A stretch of 64,000 bases of DNA from Candidatus Kaiserbacteria bacterium (lineage in GTDB: Bacteria > Patescibacteriota > Minisyncoccia > Phycocordibacterales > Phycocordibacteraceae), in NCBI GenBank assembly GCA_026396715.1, contig JAPLWH010000014.1, positions 8,063 through 72,062 on the forward strand. The letters are read 5' to 3'. The position numbers and the translations under genes are program-made. Within the stretch, counting starts at the first letter, position 1; the number at the start of each line of letters is the position of its first letter. Positions 28,011 to 38,361 of the stretch are shown piece after piece. The notes beneath the pieces are model-generated. The model was given only the letters and a program-made list of their open reading frames with translations. It was not told where the DNA came from and made no database searches.

Positions 28011-29461
28011 ATAAGTATCGCGTAAGCGACGAGCACGAGCCAGAATGGAAAGAGCGGAAGCGTAAAAGCTGCGAAAGGAAGCGCGGCTGATTCGTGTGCG
28101 ATAAAGAGCAGTGTCTTGGTGGCGAGATATGCTGGGAATGCGAGCAGGATCCCCAAGAGCGGCGCGATTGAGTGAAAGAGCATTCCTGCGAAACCTGCGA
28201 GCGCGGAGAAACCCATAGCGAGCGGAACGAGCGATATCGTGAGCAGATTTGCTGGTAGTGCGACGAGCGAGAGATTGCCGGTGTCATATAAAAGGAGTGG
28301 AAGGACGGCGACTTGTGCGGCGAGCGTCGTCGCAAGCGCACTTTTCCAAAAGGCATTTTTGATACGCAAGAACGGCTCGATGACAGGAGTAAGCCAGATG
28401 AGTCCTGCGGTTGCCGCAACCGAGAGTCCGAAGCCCGGATCGAAGACGAGATAGAGCGGATTCCACAGAAGCATGAGCAGTACGACGAGGAAAAGGGCAC
28501 GACCGGCGGTGTAGGTGCGCGCGCTCGCGCGCGCATAGAGTGCGATGATTGCCATGAGTGCGGCGCGCAGCGCGGTCGCTGAAGCTCCCGCAATGCCAAC
28601 GAATATGAGAATGGCGCAGGCACCCGCCGCCGCTCGCCATCGCCGTGAGAGTTTCGTGAGGGCGAGCGCACTCATGACCCACTCCGCGACGATCATGACG
28701 TTGTAGCCGGAGAGGACGATGATCTGTACGAGGCCGCTGCGGATGAAGTCATTCTGCAATTCTTTCCCGAGCCCAGACTTCCCTCCTATCACGATGCCGC
28801 CTGCAAGTGAGGTGTAGGGTTCGGGGAGCGTCGCCGTGAGTCCGTCGAGAAACGCATGTTTGATTCGCGCGAGTAGCGCAGGCAGTGAATACCAGGGTGC
28901 TTCTTCAGTGATGCGCAGGTACGCGAAGTTGAGTAGGAAGCGCACTCCGTCGCGCTGGAGGTATTTGTCGTATCGAAAGATTCTTCCATTGTCGTCGGCA
29001 AATGGCTTGGGCACGGCGAGTGTTCCCGATACATATATATGGTCACCTACCGAAACGCTCGGGTGTCGCGGCGCAATGGCGAGCATCGTCGTCGCCACTC
29101 CCCCGCTCTCGATGCGAATCTCCACACGTTGATTCGCGTCGCGCACGTCGGGGTCGGCAACGACGACTCCTTCATAGGAGACGCGATGCTGCAGGTCTCG
29201 CGCGAAAGTATCGGGCAGTGGTGTGTCAGCGATTGATTCGCGCAGCATGCCGAGCGCAACAAATAAACAGAAAGCCGCGCCAAGTGAGTACACAAGGCGC
29301 GGCTTTAAAAATGCTGCTCCCGCAAAAAGCACAAACAGAAGCAGTGCGAACACAGTCGGCGCCAGGCTACTTGTGGTGAGCGAAGTCGAACCAAAAAAGA
29401 AAAGCGAGCGGAGAAATACTCCGCTCGCAAATCCCGAAACGATAGCGATTAAAAATTCCAT
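27941..29461 (-). CDS. comEC: DNA internalisation competence protein ComEC/Rec2 (membrane channel domain)
   Basis: Many TM helices and the competence-domain core (LAGGIVIGGKSGLGKELQNDFIRSGLVQIIVLSGYNV). Confidence 0.8.
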   Translation of the reverse strand: MEFLIAIVSGFASGVFLRSLFFFGSTSLTTSSLAPTVFALLLFVLFAGAAFLKPRLVYSLGAAFCLFVALGMLRESIADTPLPDTFARDLQHRVSYEGVVVADPDVRDANQRVEIRIESGGVATTMLAIAPRHPSVSVGDHIYVSGTLAVPKPFADDNGRIFRYDKYLQRDGVRFLLNFAYLRITEEAPWYSLPALLARIKHAFLDGLTATLPEPYTSLAGGIVIGGKSGLGKELQNDFIRSGLVQIIVLSGYNVMIVAEWVMSALALTKLSRRWRAAAGACAILIFVGIAGASATALRAALMAIIALYARASARTYTAGRALFLVVLLMLLWNPLYLVFDPGFGLSVAATAGLIWLTPVIEPFLRIKNAFWKSALATTLAAQVAVLPLLLYDTGNLSLVALPANLLTISLVPLAMGFSALAGFAGMLFHSIAPLLGILLAFPAYLATKTLLFIAHESAALPFAAFTLPLFPFWLVLVAYAILIYFASSKRFSTTLQLRLEKKASI

Positions 29462-30039
29462 CAGAAGTTAAACATTCTCCATTCAAAGTCCCGTAGAGGT
29501 ACCAACTCTAGTTCTGGGGCAGTTTCTTTTAACAGCGAAACCGCTTTCTCATTCGGCGGCAAATCCGGGCTTTCGTAGTGGCAGATAACCCGCACCGGTA
29601 CGAGACCAAGTCCTTCGCGCACTTTTTCTCCGTCGTGAGAAGGGCCGAGTCGTGCCAACGCGTATGTGCCTGCGGAAGATCCTGCAACCGTCTTCCCCGC
29701 GACGAGTGGTTTTAAATCGGGATATGTGCGCAGGACATCTACGAGCTTGTTCGTACTGCCGCCACCCAAGTAGAGTGCGCCAGACTGTTTGATTTGATCG
29801 AGGAAAGTATCGTGTGTTGCCATAAGAAAACTAAAATTTTTTCCGCCGGACTGATTCCGTATGCGTTCGACATTCTCTTTGAATTTTTCGGAATTGTCCT
29901 GTTCTCGTGATGCGAAATACACTAAAAGAATGGTACTTCCATCGGGTACGTCCCGCACAAGCTCTTTATAAAAAGCCCTGTTTGATTCATTGTCTTTTCG
30001 AGTGAATCCCCCGTGGAGAATATATTTAGTCATCAGCAC
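29461..30039 (-). CDS. peptidase S51 family (dipeptidase E / cyanophycinase-like)
   Basis: LYLGGGSTNKLVDVL ... GSSAGTYAL catalytic serine context. Confidence 0.65.
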   Translation of the reverse strand: MLMTKYILHGGFTRKDNESNRAFYKELVRDVPDGSTILLVYFASREQDNSEKFKENVERIRNQSGGKNFSFLMATHDTFLDQIKQSGALYLGGGSTNKLVDVLRTYPDLKPLVAGKTVAGSSAGTYALARLGPSHDGEKVREGLGLVPVRVICHYESPDLPPNEKAVSLLKETAPELELVPLRDFEWRMFNF

Positions 30040-30064
30040 TATTCTACTTCATAAACGGCGATTG

Positions 30065-30499
30065 TTATGTGGCGCGGTCCATCGCGGCGTTGGCGAGAGC
30101 GTCGGCGTCGGAATTTTCGGCGCGGAAGACGTGCGTGAACGTAACTTTGCCGAATGTTGCCGCGGCCTGCATGAGTCGCGCATACTGCGCCTTCATGACC
30201 GGGTGTTTTATCTTGTAGACGCCGTTCATCTGCTTCACGATGAGTTCGCTATCGAGCTTCACAGCGACAGTGGTCGCTCCCCTCTTTGTTGGCGCGACGA
30301 GTTTTGCGAGCTCTTCAAATGCGAGGATGACTGCTTCGTATTCGGCGAAATTGTTGGTGCGTATTCCGAGAAATTTTGAAACGCTCGCAACAGAATTTCC
30401 AAGCGCATCGCGGATCATCGCCCCGGCCCCAGAGGGGCCAGGATTTCCTCGTGAACCTCCATCTGTATGGATTGTGAAATGAGTCATGCCGCTCATCAT
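30065..30499 (-). CDS. rnhA: ribonuclease HI
   Basis: HTDGGSRGNPGPSGAG and the DEDD-type RNase H fold motifs. Confidence 0.85.
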   Translation of the reverse strand: MMSGMTHFTIHTDGGSRGNPGPSGAGAMIRDALGNSVASVSKFLGIRTNNFAEYEAVILAFEELAKLVAPTKRGATTVAVKLDSELIVKQMNGVYKIKHPVMKAQYARLMQAAATFGKVTFTHVFRAENSDADALANAAMDRAT

Positions 30500-32292
30500 A
30501 TCAATTTGATGTCGAGAAGTCGCAGGCGCACCGGGTTCCCGCGCGAGAAGGTGTCGCGCTCAAGATGCGCGATCAGATTTGCTTGTCCGCCCGCCGTGAG
30601 CTTCTCCGCCGCTCGAGCGATTGATCCTTTTACAAAAAACGTAACCGCTTCGACGGTGCGTCCGGAGCCGTCAGCTGACACGATCTTCAATTTCAAATGC
30701 TCCTCCCCTTTTCCGAAGCGTGAAATCTCTCGCACGATCACTTCGCGCAAAAGGAATACCGGCTTCGCATTTTGCTGGCCAAAAGGTGCGAGCTTCTCAA
30801 TTTTTAAAAGAAATGACGTCGTCGCTTCTTCCGGCGTGATGTGCGCATCGGCGCGCTGCACCAAGCTGTCTTCAGCTGTTTTCCCTTTCAGCATTTTCGT
30901 ATGCGCTTCGACGAGCCGGTCTTCAAGAAAAAATACTTCGGTATCGTGGACGGCGAAACCGCCCGCCGCCGCATGTCCGCCGAATTTGACGAATGCTTTT
31001 TCTGTCGCGCGCATGAGTTCCATAATGTGCGTCCTGCCGCCGCTTCGTACCGATCCTTTCAAACGCATGTTCCCTTCCCTCCCCCATAAAAATACTGGCC
31101 GCTCATATTCATCTGCAATCGTGTTTGCAACAAGTCCGAGAAGTGCGGGTCGCCAGTCAGGATCGCCGAGTGCGATTATGCTGCGCATCTCGCCGCGTTC
31201 TTTGAGTCGCGTGTGTACCGCGCGCGTGATCGCGCCCGCCTGAGCCTTTCGCTCGCGGTTCAACTTCTCCAATTTCTTTGCAAGTTCGTCCGCTTCGTTT
31301 TCATCGGCGGTCGTGAAGAGTTGGAACGCATCGCGCGCATTGCCCATCCGGCTCGCGGCATTTACGCGTGGCGCAATCATGAAGCCGACATCGTCTTCAG
31401 TGATCGAGTGCTGCTCCACCCGCATCCCGCGGCATAATTTTTGAAGCCCGATCCTCGGTGACTTACGCATCACTTTGAGCCCGTAGGTGGCGAGCACACG
31501 GTTCTCACCTGTAAGCGGCACCATGTCGGCGATGGTCGCGAGTCCGACCATATCGAGAAGCCACTTCTCCCACCCGACCGGAACTTTCTCGCGGAGTGTT
31601 GGAGCAACAGCAAGTGTCGCACAGACGAGTTTCCACGCGACACCCGAGCCGCACAAACTACGGAACGGATACGTCTCGTCGGGGCTTGTCCCGTTAGAGG
31701 CGCTCGCCTCCGGCGAGCCAGGCACCTCGGGTGCCTTATCTCTAACGGGACGGGCATTCGGGTTCACGACCGCGAAGGCATCGGGTAATTTTTCTCCCGG
31801 GAGGTGGTGGTCGGTAATGATGACGTCCATGCCGAGCTCTTTCGCACGCGCGACCGGAACGACATCGGTAATGCCCGAGTCGACCGTCACGATGAGCTTC
31901 ACTCCCCTCTTTGCGAGCTGCTCGATGCCGCCGACATTCATGCCGTACCCTTCGTCATGTCGGTGTGGAATATAGTTTTCAAAATCAGCGCCAGCTTTTT
32001 TCAGAAAGTCGTGCAGCAGCACGCCGCCCGGAATGCCGTCGCAGTCGTAGTCGCTCCAAACCGCAATCTTTTCTTTCGCCAGAATCGCAGCAGCAAATCG
32101 TTCGGCTGCTTTGCGCATGTCGACCATCAGGAACGGATCGTGCAGGTGCTCATCGTAAGACGGATTCAAAAACTTTTCCGCTTCTTCTTTCGTCAGGACG
32201 CCACGGCGCACTAAGAGTGCCGCGGTGAGGTCGTCGTGTGCGTCGAGTTCGCCGCGGAGCACCGCATCGAGTGGGTCATGGAGCGGAAACAT
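30496..32292 (-). CDS. recJ: single-stranded-DNA-specific exonuclease RecJ
   Basis: DHH motifs (DYDCDGI, ITDHH) and the DHHA1 region. Confidence 0.9.
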   Translation of the reverse strand: MFPLHDPLDAVLRGELDAHDDLTAALLVRRGVLTKEEAEKFLNPSYDEHLHDPFLMVDMRKAAERFAAAILAKEKIAVWSDYDCDGIPGGVLLHDFLKKAGADFENYIPHRHDEGYGMNVGGIEQLAKRGVKLIVTVDSGITDVVPVARAKELGMDVIITDHHLPGEKLPDAFAVVNPNARPVRDKAPEVPGSPEASASNGTSPDETYPFRSLCGSGVAWKLVCATLAVAPTLREKVPVGWEKWLLDMVGLATIADMVPLTGENRVLATYGLKVMRKSPRIGLQKLCRGMRVEQHSITEDDVGFMIAPRVNAASRMGNARDAFQLFTTADENEADELAKKLEKLNRERKAQAGAITRAVHTRLKERGEMRSIIALGDPDWRPALLGLVANTIADEYERPVFLWGREGNMRLKGSVRSGGRTHIMELMRATEKAFVKFGGHAAAGGFAVHDTEVFFLEDRLVEAHTKMLKGKTAEDSLVQRADAHITPEEATTSFLLKIEKLAPFGQQNAKPVFLLREVIVREISRFGKGEEHLKLKIVSADGSGRTVEAVTFFVKGSIARAAEKLTAGGQANLIAHLERDTFSRGNPVRLRLLDIKLI

Positions 32293-32423
32293 GTGAACGC
32301 TATTGTATACCCCATGAGATAATTTATCCCGCCTTCGCTGTCCATATTCTCCTTGGTCCGATAAGTTATTGCCAGAGGCATCTCGTCTTTAGAAACATCT
32401 ATCTCACGGGGTATACTTCTGAA

Positions 32424-32834
32424 ATGGAAGATACCATTTTTATGAAAATCATCCGGCGCGAAATCCCTGCGGACATCGTGTACGAAGATGCCGAGACCAT
32501 CGCTTTTCTCGATGTGAAACCCGCAGCACCCGGACATACTCTCGTGGTACCCAAGAAGCCGGTACAGAATATTTTCGATGTAGACGATGGCACACTCGTC
32601 GCGGTGATGCGCACCGTGCGGAAGATCGCTCCTGCTGTGCGTAACTCTGTCGGCGCACACGGTGTGCACATCAACTCCAATCACGGCGCGGCGGCGGGCC
32701 AGATTGTTTTTCACCTGCACTTTCACATCATCCCGCGTCACGACAGAAATGAATTCTCTTTTTGGCCGCAGCACGACTCAGCACGGAGTGAGTTCGTCAC
32801 GATCGCCGAAAAAATACGTCAGTTGCTCGGGTGA
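32424..32834 (+). CDS. HIT family (histidine triad) hydrolase
   Basis: HLHFHIIPR histidine triad. Start at MEDTIFMKII. Confidence 0.85.
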   Translation: MEDTIFMKIIRREIPADIVYEDAETIAFLDVKPAAPGHTLVVPKKPVQNIFDVDDGTLVAVMRTVRKIAPAVRNSVGAHGVHINSNHGAAAGQIVFHLHFHIIPRHDRNEFSFWPQHDSARSEFVTIAEKIRQLLG

Positions 32835-33982
32835 GAAGAGATCGCCTTGATGCCTGGGAGAGTTCCTTTCGCGAGAAAGTCGAGCATCGCGCCGCCGCCG
32901 GTGGAGACGAATGAGAAGTGCGGTAAGAGTCCGAGGTTTTCTATCGCAGCGATCGTGTCGCCTCCGCCGATGACCGAGTGCGCACCTGAGGCTGCAACCG
33001 CCCGTGCAAAGGCGTCGGTCGCGTCGATAAATCCGTTTTCATAATTCCCCAAGGGACCGTTCCAGAGAATCGTTTTTGATTTTTGCGCGAGGCTGAAAAG
33101 GAGTGCCGAGGTTCCCGGGCCGTGGTCGAGGATCACTTCATCAGTCCGTACGTCTCCCGCCGTTGCGACACGCGCTCCCGCGCGCTCTGTTGGTGTGCCA
33201 ACAGCAGTTGCCGAGATGACGAGGGAGTCTATGGGTATGACGAGTTTCGGATTTGCTAAGAGTTTTTTGATAGCGTTAGCATCTGCATTTGAAACAAGTG
33301 ATTTCCCCACCTCGTGTCCCGCCACTTTGAGAAAATCATTCGCGAGCGCGCCGCCGACGAAGACATGGTCGTACGTTTTTAGCAGCGTCGTGAGCACGGC
33401 TTCTTTCGTGCTGAATTTCGCTCCGCCGATGACGGCGAGCGAAGGGTGTATGGGCATAAGTGCTCGTGATAATTCGCGGACTTCTTCTTCAAGAAGGAGT
33501 CCAGCATAGCTCGGCAGGAGCTCGGGGACGCCGATGATTGACGCGTGTGCGCGGTGACACGTATCAAAAGAATCCTCAACAAAGATATCGGCGAGCGCGG
33601 CGAGCTCGTGTGCGAACGTGCGATCATTTGCAATCTCCCCTTTGTTTCGTCGTAAGTTTTCGAGCACGAGCACTTGGCCTGGCGCGAGGTTGCGGATTGC
33701 CGCGCGCGCGCGGACGCCGACCGTCTCGCCGAAAAACGAGACACCCAAAAGAAGTTTTCCGAGCGCTCTTGCTACAGGTTCGAGGGTCTCTGTCCCCTGT
33801 TCCCCGAGGTGTCCGATGAGTACGACTTTTGCGCCACGTGCGGCAAGATATTTTATAGTCGGCACGGCGCGGCGTAAGCGATAGTCATTTATGACCTCGC
33901 CGTTTTCAATAGGGACGTTCAGTGCTGCCCGCACGAGTATCGGAATGTTTTCAAATATTTGAATGTCGCGAATGGTGCGCAT
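32819..33982 (-). CDS. pgk: phosphoglycerate kinase
   Basis: PGK N- and C-domain motifs (RVDFNVP-like N-terminus, GGGA...). Confidence 0.9.
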   Translation of the reverse strand: MRTIRDIQIFENIPILVRAALNVPIENGEVINDYRLRRAVPTIKYLAARGAKVVLIGHLGEQGTETLEPVARALGKLLLGVSFFGETVGVRARAAIRNLAPGQVLVLENLRRNKGEIANDRTFAHELAALADIFVEDSFDTCHRAHASIIGVPELLPSYAGLLLEEEVRELSRALMPIHPSLAVIGGAKFSTKEAVLTTLLKTYDHVFVGGALANDFLKVAGHEVGKSLVSNADANAIKKLLANPKLVIPIDSLVISATAVGTPTERAGARVATAGDVRTDEVILDHGPGTSALLFSLAQKSKTILWNGPLGNYENGFIDATDAFARAVAASGAHSVIGGGDTIAAIENLGLLPHFSFVSTGGGAMLDFLAKGTLPGIKAISSHPSN

Positions 33983-34108
33983 CCCGTTAGAAATAGAACA
34001 CGAACATCGCTAGGGAGATGTTGTGACCTATCTGATTAGTGATAATGCAGTTCATGTTCGTAATAATTTTAACAGACGGGTTCGTTATTTCTAACGGGAC
34101 GCATCCCG
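33983..34108. repeat. palindromic element copy b (cccgttagaaat ... atttctaacggg) between tpiA and pgk
   Basis: Terminal inverted repeats as in copies a and c. The proximal half abuts the pgk ATG. A third half-site (catcccgttagg) overlaps the tpiA stop. Confidence 0.7.
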
Positions 34109-34852
34109 TTAGGTAAGCTGCTTCACGAGTGCTGAAAAGGTGAAGGGATCGATCGTCGCGTGCCCAATGAGAAATCCTTCGACGCCGGAGTCCGCCGCAA
34201 GCGCGCGGATATTTCCCGGCTCGACGGAACCGCCGTAGAGAACGAATGAATGGCGCGAACTTTTTCCAGGCAGAAGCTCCGCGAGTACTTTTCGGATGTA
34301 GAGCGTCATCTCCGCAAGGTCATTGGACTCGATTGCGTCAGCGGCGGTTTTCCCGATTGCCCAGAGTGGTTCGTACGCGACGATTACCTGCGAACGTTCT
34401 TTTGCGGTAAGCGGCTCAAGAGCAAGTGTAATTTCTTCGCGCACGTAAGCGAGATAGCGCCCTTCCCCATCGCGCTCATGTTCACCGACGCAGAGGATGG
34501 GGGTGAGGCCATGCGCAAGAGCATGCGCAAGTTTCTCGGCGATGATTGCATTGGTCTCGCCGAGTGCTCGCCGTTCGGAATGTCCGATGATCACATACGT
34601 CGCCCCAGCTGCGGCATACGCCTGCGCGGTTGCTTCACCAGTCTGTGCTCCGCCGGTCGTCGCCGAGACATCTTGCGCAGCGAAAGCAATTTTCGATTTG
34701 TTGTTTGCGGCGAGCACGCCGAGAAAAGGCACGGGCGGCGCGAGCACAATGGTGATGTCGCTTGTGCGAGCGAGTTTTTTACTCGTCGCAAGCAGCGACT
34801 TCGCTTTCCGTATGTCTTCCACGTAGGCCTTCCAGTTTGCAACTATAAGCAT
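34109..34852 (-). CDS. tpiA: triosephosphate isomerase
   Basis: IVANWKAY and IIGHSERR motifs and the TIM barrel signature. Confidence 0.9.
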   Translation of the reverse strand: MLIVANWKAYVEDIRKAKSLLATSKKLARTSDITIVLAPPVPFLGVLAANNKSKIAFAAQDVSATTGGAQTGEATAQAYAAAGATYVIIGHSERRALGETNAIIAEKLAHALAHGLTPILCVGEHERDGEGRYLAYVREEITLALEPLTAKERSQVIVAYEPLWAIGKTAADAIESNDLAEMTLYIRKVLAELLPGKSSRHSFVLYGGSVEPGNIRALAADSGVEGFLIGHATIDPFTFSALVKQLT

Positions 34853-34884
34853 AGGCCCATATGATAGCAGGCTACAGACGCTGG

Positions 34885-36210
34885 TCAGCGAGTAATGGCG
34901 TAGGTGCCTGGGACAAGGCTCCAGCTCCCCCCTGGTCCTGATTCGAATACGGCGCTAGGGAGACCGGTGTCATAGGTGACGTTCGCTGAATTTTCAAGAT
35001 GTATCTTATAGGCGGTAACCTCTTTTAAGGAGACAGTATTTTTAAGCGGGATGAGTCCGTGTGCGGCGTAGGCGACCAGTGCAGAAGCGCTGTTACTCAG
35101 ACTGAATGCTGCCTCCTCTCCTCCCTTCTCCGCACTGTTGTTCTGAGAGATTAAGAAAACGAATGAGCCCGGCGTTCCAGAATTCTGAAACGCGGCGGTA
35201 TTTTGTACGGATATCTCACTGCTCGTGAGACGGTTTGAAGGATTGTCAGCAATAATCGCCACGTTGTTAGCGCCCAAGGACGCAGCCATTTTTACGACTG
35301 AAGAATTTTGAACGGTAATATTGCCCGTGACCCATATATGGCCGTGTATCGTTACCACCGAACGGCCGCTCACTGAAAGATCACAAGGTATCTTTACTGG
35401 CCCGATATCAACGCTTCCCGAAGAAATGGTATAGAGTCCGCTGGTGCAGACGAGCGTACCTCCAGCTGCTGCGGTAGTTTCCCATTCGCTAATCTGTGCA
35501 TCTGAAATCGGGAGCGAGGTCGTCGCCTGGTCGGGACTGTTTGGGTACGAAATGCCGGTCACCGTCGTGTTTGTTTTCGTCGTGGCATAGTATGCATTCT
35601 TATCAATGATCGTTTGTGCACCAGCATTTCCGATCGTGTGCGCGTATACGGAGCTCGTCGCATGGATGCCGTAGACGAGTCCACTCGCACCGGAGGAAAT
35701 GACATCGCCATAGATGTCATTTTGACTGGTGCCGATGACGGATCCACCTGAGAATACATTGCCGATTACTTTCGAACTATTTTCCATAAAGAAGCCGCCA
35801 TTGCCGGACTGGATACCGTAATGAAATGAAACGACTGCGTCATTGATCCCGATAGTCGCACTAACAGTCTTGGTTGCCACCGGGTTTAAGTTGCTGGGTA
35901 CGTACCCCGTCGCGGTGATCCGTTTCGTACTGGAATCGATTGTTGCCACAGTAATCATAAAGACTCCAGGACCAAGCGGTGTATTGACTTGGCCACCATA
36001 CGAAGGGTTTTGGTTTAATTGGTATGATGCTTCGTCGAGCGCCCCTTCGGCGATGGCGAGCGCCTGTGTCGCGGCGACGGTCGTGCGCTCTAATCGGTCA
36101 TAGCTCGTAATATGCCCCACCATTGCGGTTGAAACTGTCGCAAAGATACCGGCAAAAATGAGAGCGAGCAACAGGATATTCCCTTGGGTGTAGCGAGTGA
36201 ATGTTGTCAT
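34885..36210 (-). CDS. large pilus-associated protein with pilin-like N-terminal hydrophobic segment
   Basis: N-terminus TQGNILLLALIFAGIF, then a Thr/Ser/Gly-rich beta-rich domain. Last gene of the pilus operon. Confidence 0.45.
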   Translation of the reverse strand: MTTFTRYTQGNILLLALIFAGIFATVSTAMVGHITSYDRLERTTVAATQALAIAEGALDEASYQLNQNPSYGGQVNTPLGPGVFMITVATIDSSTKRITATGYVPSNLNPVATKTVSATIGINDAVVSFHYGIQSGNGGFFMENSSKVIGNVFSGGSVIGTSQNDIYGDVISSGASGLVYGIHATSSVYAHTIGNAGAQTIIDKNAYYATTKTNTTVTGISYPNSPDQATTSLPISDAQISEWETTAAAGGTLVCTSGLYTISSGSVDIGPVKIPCDLSVSGRSVVTIHGHIWVTGNITVQNSSVVKMAASLGANNVAIIADNPSNRLTSSEISVQNTAAFQNSGTPGSFVFLISQNNSAEKGGEEAAFSLSNSASALVAYAAHGLIPLKNTVSLKEVTAYKIHLENSANVTYDTGLPSAVFESGPGGSWSLVPGTYAITR

Positions 36211-36755
36211 AAATTACGAAGGAAAAGTTTTTCGTGTAAATGCCCCTGCACCGTTTGTTGTTTAAATTGAGCCTGTGTCTGCACGTCGGCAATCACATTC
36301 GTAACGTTGGAGAAAACAGCCTTGTCATAGGTGAAAGAGATGGAATTCAGTGTCGTGCTTAATTGCTTGATACCGGAGGCGCGAGTACTTCCCCCTCCTG
36401 CTTGTGTGAGTTGATAGAGCGTCGTTGAAGATGCGTAAAAGGCGATGTAATCATATTCTCCAGAAATAACATATCCGGCACCATTGATTTTTGGTAACTC
36501 GAGCACGAGTGTCGTCGTTGCGGAAGAATATGTTGTTCCAGAAAAGCTGTGGGAGGCGAGTATCTTATCGGCGGGCAATACCGCTGCTTCAAGAGCGCTC
36601 ATTGCGGTCCCTGCAGAGCCGGCTGTAGACATGAATGCCTGCTGATAGCCATAGGTCGAATTGAAAAGAAGGAAGAGGTTTACGAGCGCAATGAGTGCCC
36701 CGATGCTTATTCCCATGACGAGCACTGTTTCCAGAAGGCTAAATCCGCGTTTCAT
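36207..36755 (-). CDS. type IV prepilin/pseudopilin
   Basis: Prepilin peptidase site MKRGFSLLETVLV (G|FSLLE). Confidence 0.75.
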   Translation of the reverse strand: MKRGFSLLETVLVMGISIGALIALVNLFLLFNSTYGYQQAFMSTAGSAGTAMSALEAAVLPADKILASHSFSGTTYSSATTTLVLELPKINGAGYVISGEYDYIAFYASSTTLYQLTQAGGGSTRASGIKQLSTTLNSISFTYDKAVFSNVTNVIADVQTQAQFKQQTVQGHLHEKLFLRNL

Positions 36756-37141
36756 TTTAGTCCGGAGTTTTGCGTAATAAGCGTCGTGATTGCTGTCGAT
36801 CGAGTGCTGGAGCTGGCACCTCTCCAGGTCACGCTAGCGGTGACTTGTTTCGTTTTTGCATTAAAGGCAGTAATTGCAATGGAGGCAGAACTTGAGGCGA
36901 GCGATCCTAATAGGGTGTCAGTAAATGGGCCGCTCAAAGGGAGTGCGTCATACCCGAGTGCACGGAGCGTCTCGATCTCGCTCCGTGCAATCTTAAGTGC
37001 GAGGTCTTGATCGCGAACCTCTCTGCCATTGGCAGGGATGCGCGCGAGGAACGAGCTGGTAGCAACGATCATGACCCCGATAATGGCGATAGCTATCGTG
37101 ATTTCAATCAGTGAAAATCCGCGTTTTGGATAAGAGAACAT
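36752..37141 (-). CDS. type IV prepilin/pseudopilin
   Basis: MFSYPKRGFSLIEITIAIAIIG prepilin leader plus hydrophobic helix. Confidence 0.75.
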   Translation of the reverse strand: MFSYPKRGFSLIEITIAIAIIGVMIVATSSFLARIPANGREVRDQDLALKIARSEIETLRALGYDALPLSGPFTDTLLGSLASSSASIAITAFNAKTKQVTASVTWRGASSSTRSTAITTLITQNSGLK

Positions 37142-37142
37142 G

Positions 37143-38360
37143 TTAAATTGCTGACGACAGTTGGTAAATCGGTGCAATCATCGAGACGGCAAATACGCCA
37201 ACGACGGCACCAATGAGGAGCATCAGAACCGGCTCAATGATGGTCGAAAGGTCTTTTGTTTTTTCGCCGACATCTGCTTCGTAAAACTCTGCGATCTGTT
37301 TCAACATTTCAGCGACCTTGCCGGTCTCCTCCCCCACCATGAGCATTTCACTCATAAGGATTGGGTAAAGATTCTTATGGTTGGCGAATGATGCGGAAAG
37401 CATCTCGCCCTTCCGTACATGCTCTTCCGCTTCCTTGATAACTTTCATGAATGCGTCTGCATGCACGACCTCTTTCGTTATGGAAAGAGCCTCAAGCACG
37501 GGAACTCCTGCAGAGAGGAGTGAGGAGAGTGTTCGCGCTGCGCGCGCGGTATACGTTTCGCGCACGAGCTCGCCTATAATAGGTAGATGCAATGCAACCG
37601 TGAGTACGATCGAGCTTCCAAATTTTGATTTGATGAAGAGGATTCCTCCCGTAACAAGAAATGCGAGCGCGAGAAGTACGGTTGCAACATTCGTTACCAT
37701 GAAGTTCGACAAGGCTACGATGATTCGTGTTGCAAGGGGTACTTGTACGCCGAGGGATGTGAATGTGCTGGTCAGGGTTGGTACGACGTAGAGCAACATC
37801 AGGATTCCGACGATGACAACCGCAGTGATGACGATTGCGGGGTAAATCATTGCGCCTTTAATCTTGCGTATAAGCTCTTCCGAGCGCTCCATCTGAAGTG
37901 CGACGACAGTTAGAGAATCAGGAAGTGACCCGGATTCTTCGCCTGCTCGCACCATCGCGACGAAGATGTCAGGGAAGACTCTCGGGTAAGCGGCGAGCCC
38001 TTCGTGAAATGCGGAGCCTTTTTTCACTGATTCAGAGAGACCAGCGACAATTTCTTTCAGGTGCTTATTACCCGATTGACGTTCGATGACCGAGAGTGCA
38101 CGCGAAAGCGAAAGCCCGGCGGAAAGCATCGCGGAGAGGTTCTTTGCCGTGCGGACAATCTCCATACGTTTTATCCCTGTGCCAATCGATATATTAAAGC
38201 GAGAAAATCTGCCGAGTGAGAATCCGTGCAACTCTTTGAGTTCGATAACGAACCCTCCCTCATTTCTTACTTGACTATAGACGTCGAAGCGCGAAGCTGC
38301 GCTGATGACCCGCACTTCGTTCGGAGTTCCTTCCTTTCGTACGGTAATGCGGAATTCCAT
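37143..38360 (-). CDS. pilC: type IV pilus platform protein PilC/GspF
   Basis: Two GspF repeats (GLAAYPRVFPDIFVAMVRAGEESGSL) and three TM helices. Confidence 0.85.
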   Translation of the reverse strand: MEFRITVRKEGTPNEVRVISAASRFDVYSQVRNEGGFVIELKELHGFSLGRFSRFNISIGTGIKRMEIVRTAKNLSAMLSAGLSLSRALSVIERQSGNKHLKEIVAGLSESVKKGSAFHEGLAAYPRVFPDIFVAMVRAGEESGSLPDSLTVVALQMERSEELIRKIKGAMIYPAIVITAVVIVGILMLLYVVPTLTSTFTSLGVQVPLATRIIVALSNFMVTNVATVLLALAFLVTGGILFIKSKFGSSIVLTVALHLPIIGELVRETYTARAARTLSSLLSAGVPVLEALSITKEVVHADAFMKVIKEAEEHVRKGEMLSASFANHKNLYPILMSEMLMVGEETGKVAEMLKQIAEFYEADVGEKTKDLSTIIEPVLMLLIGAVVGVFAVSMIAPIYQLSSAI

Positions 38361-38361
38361 A

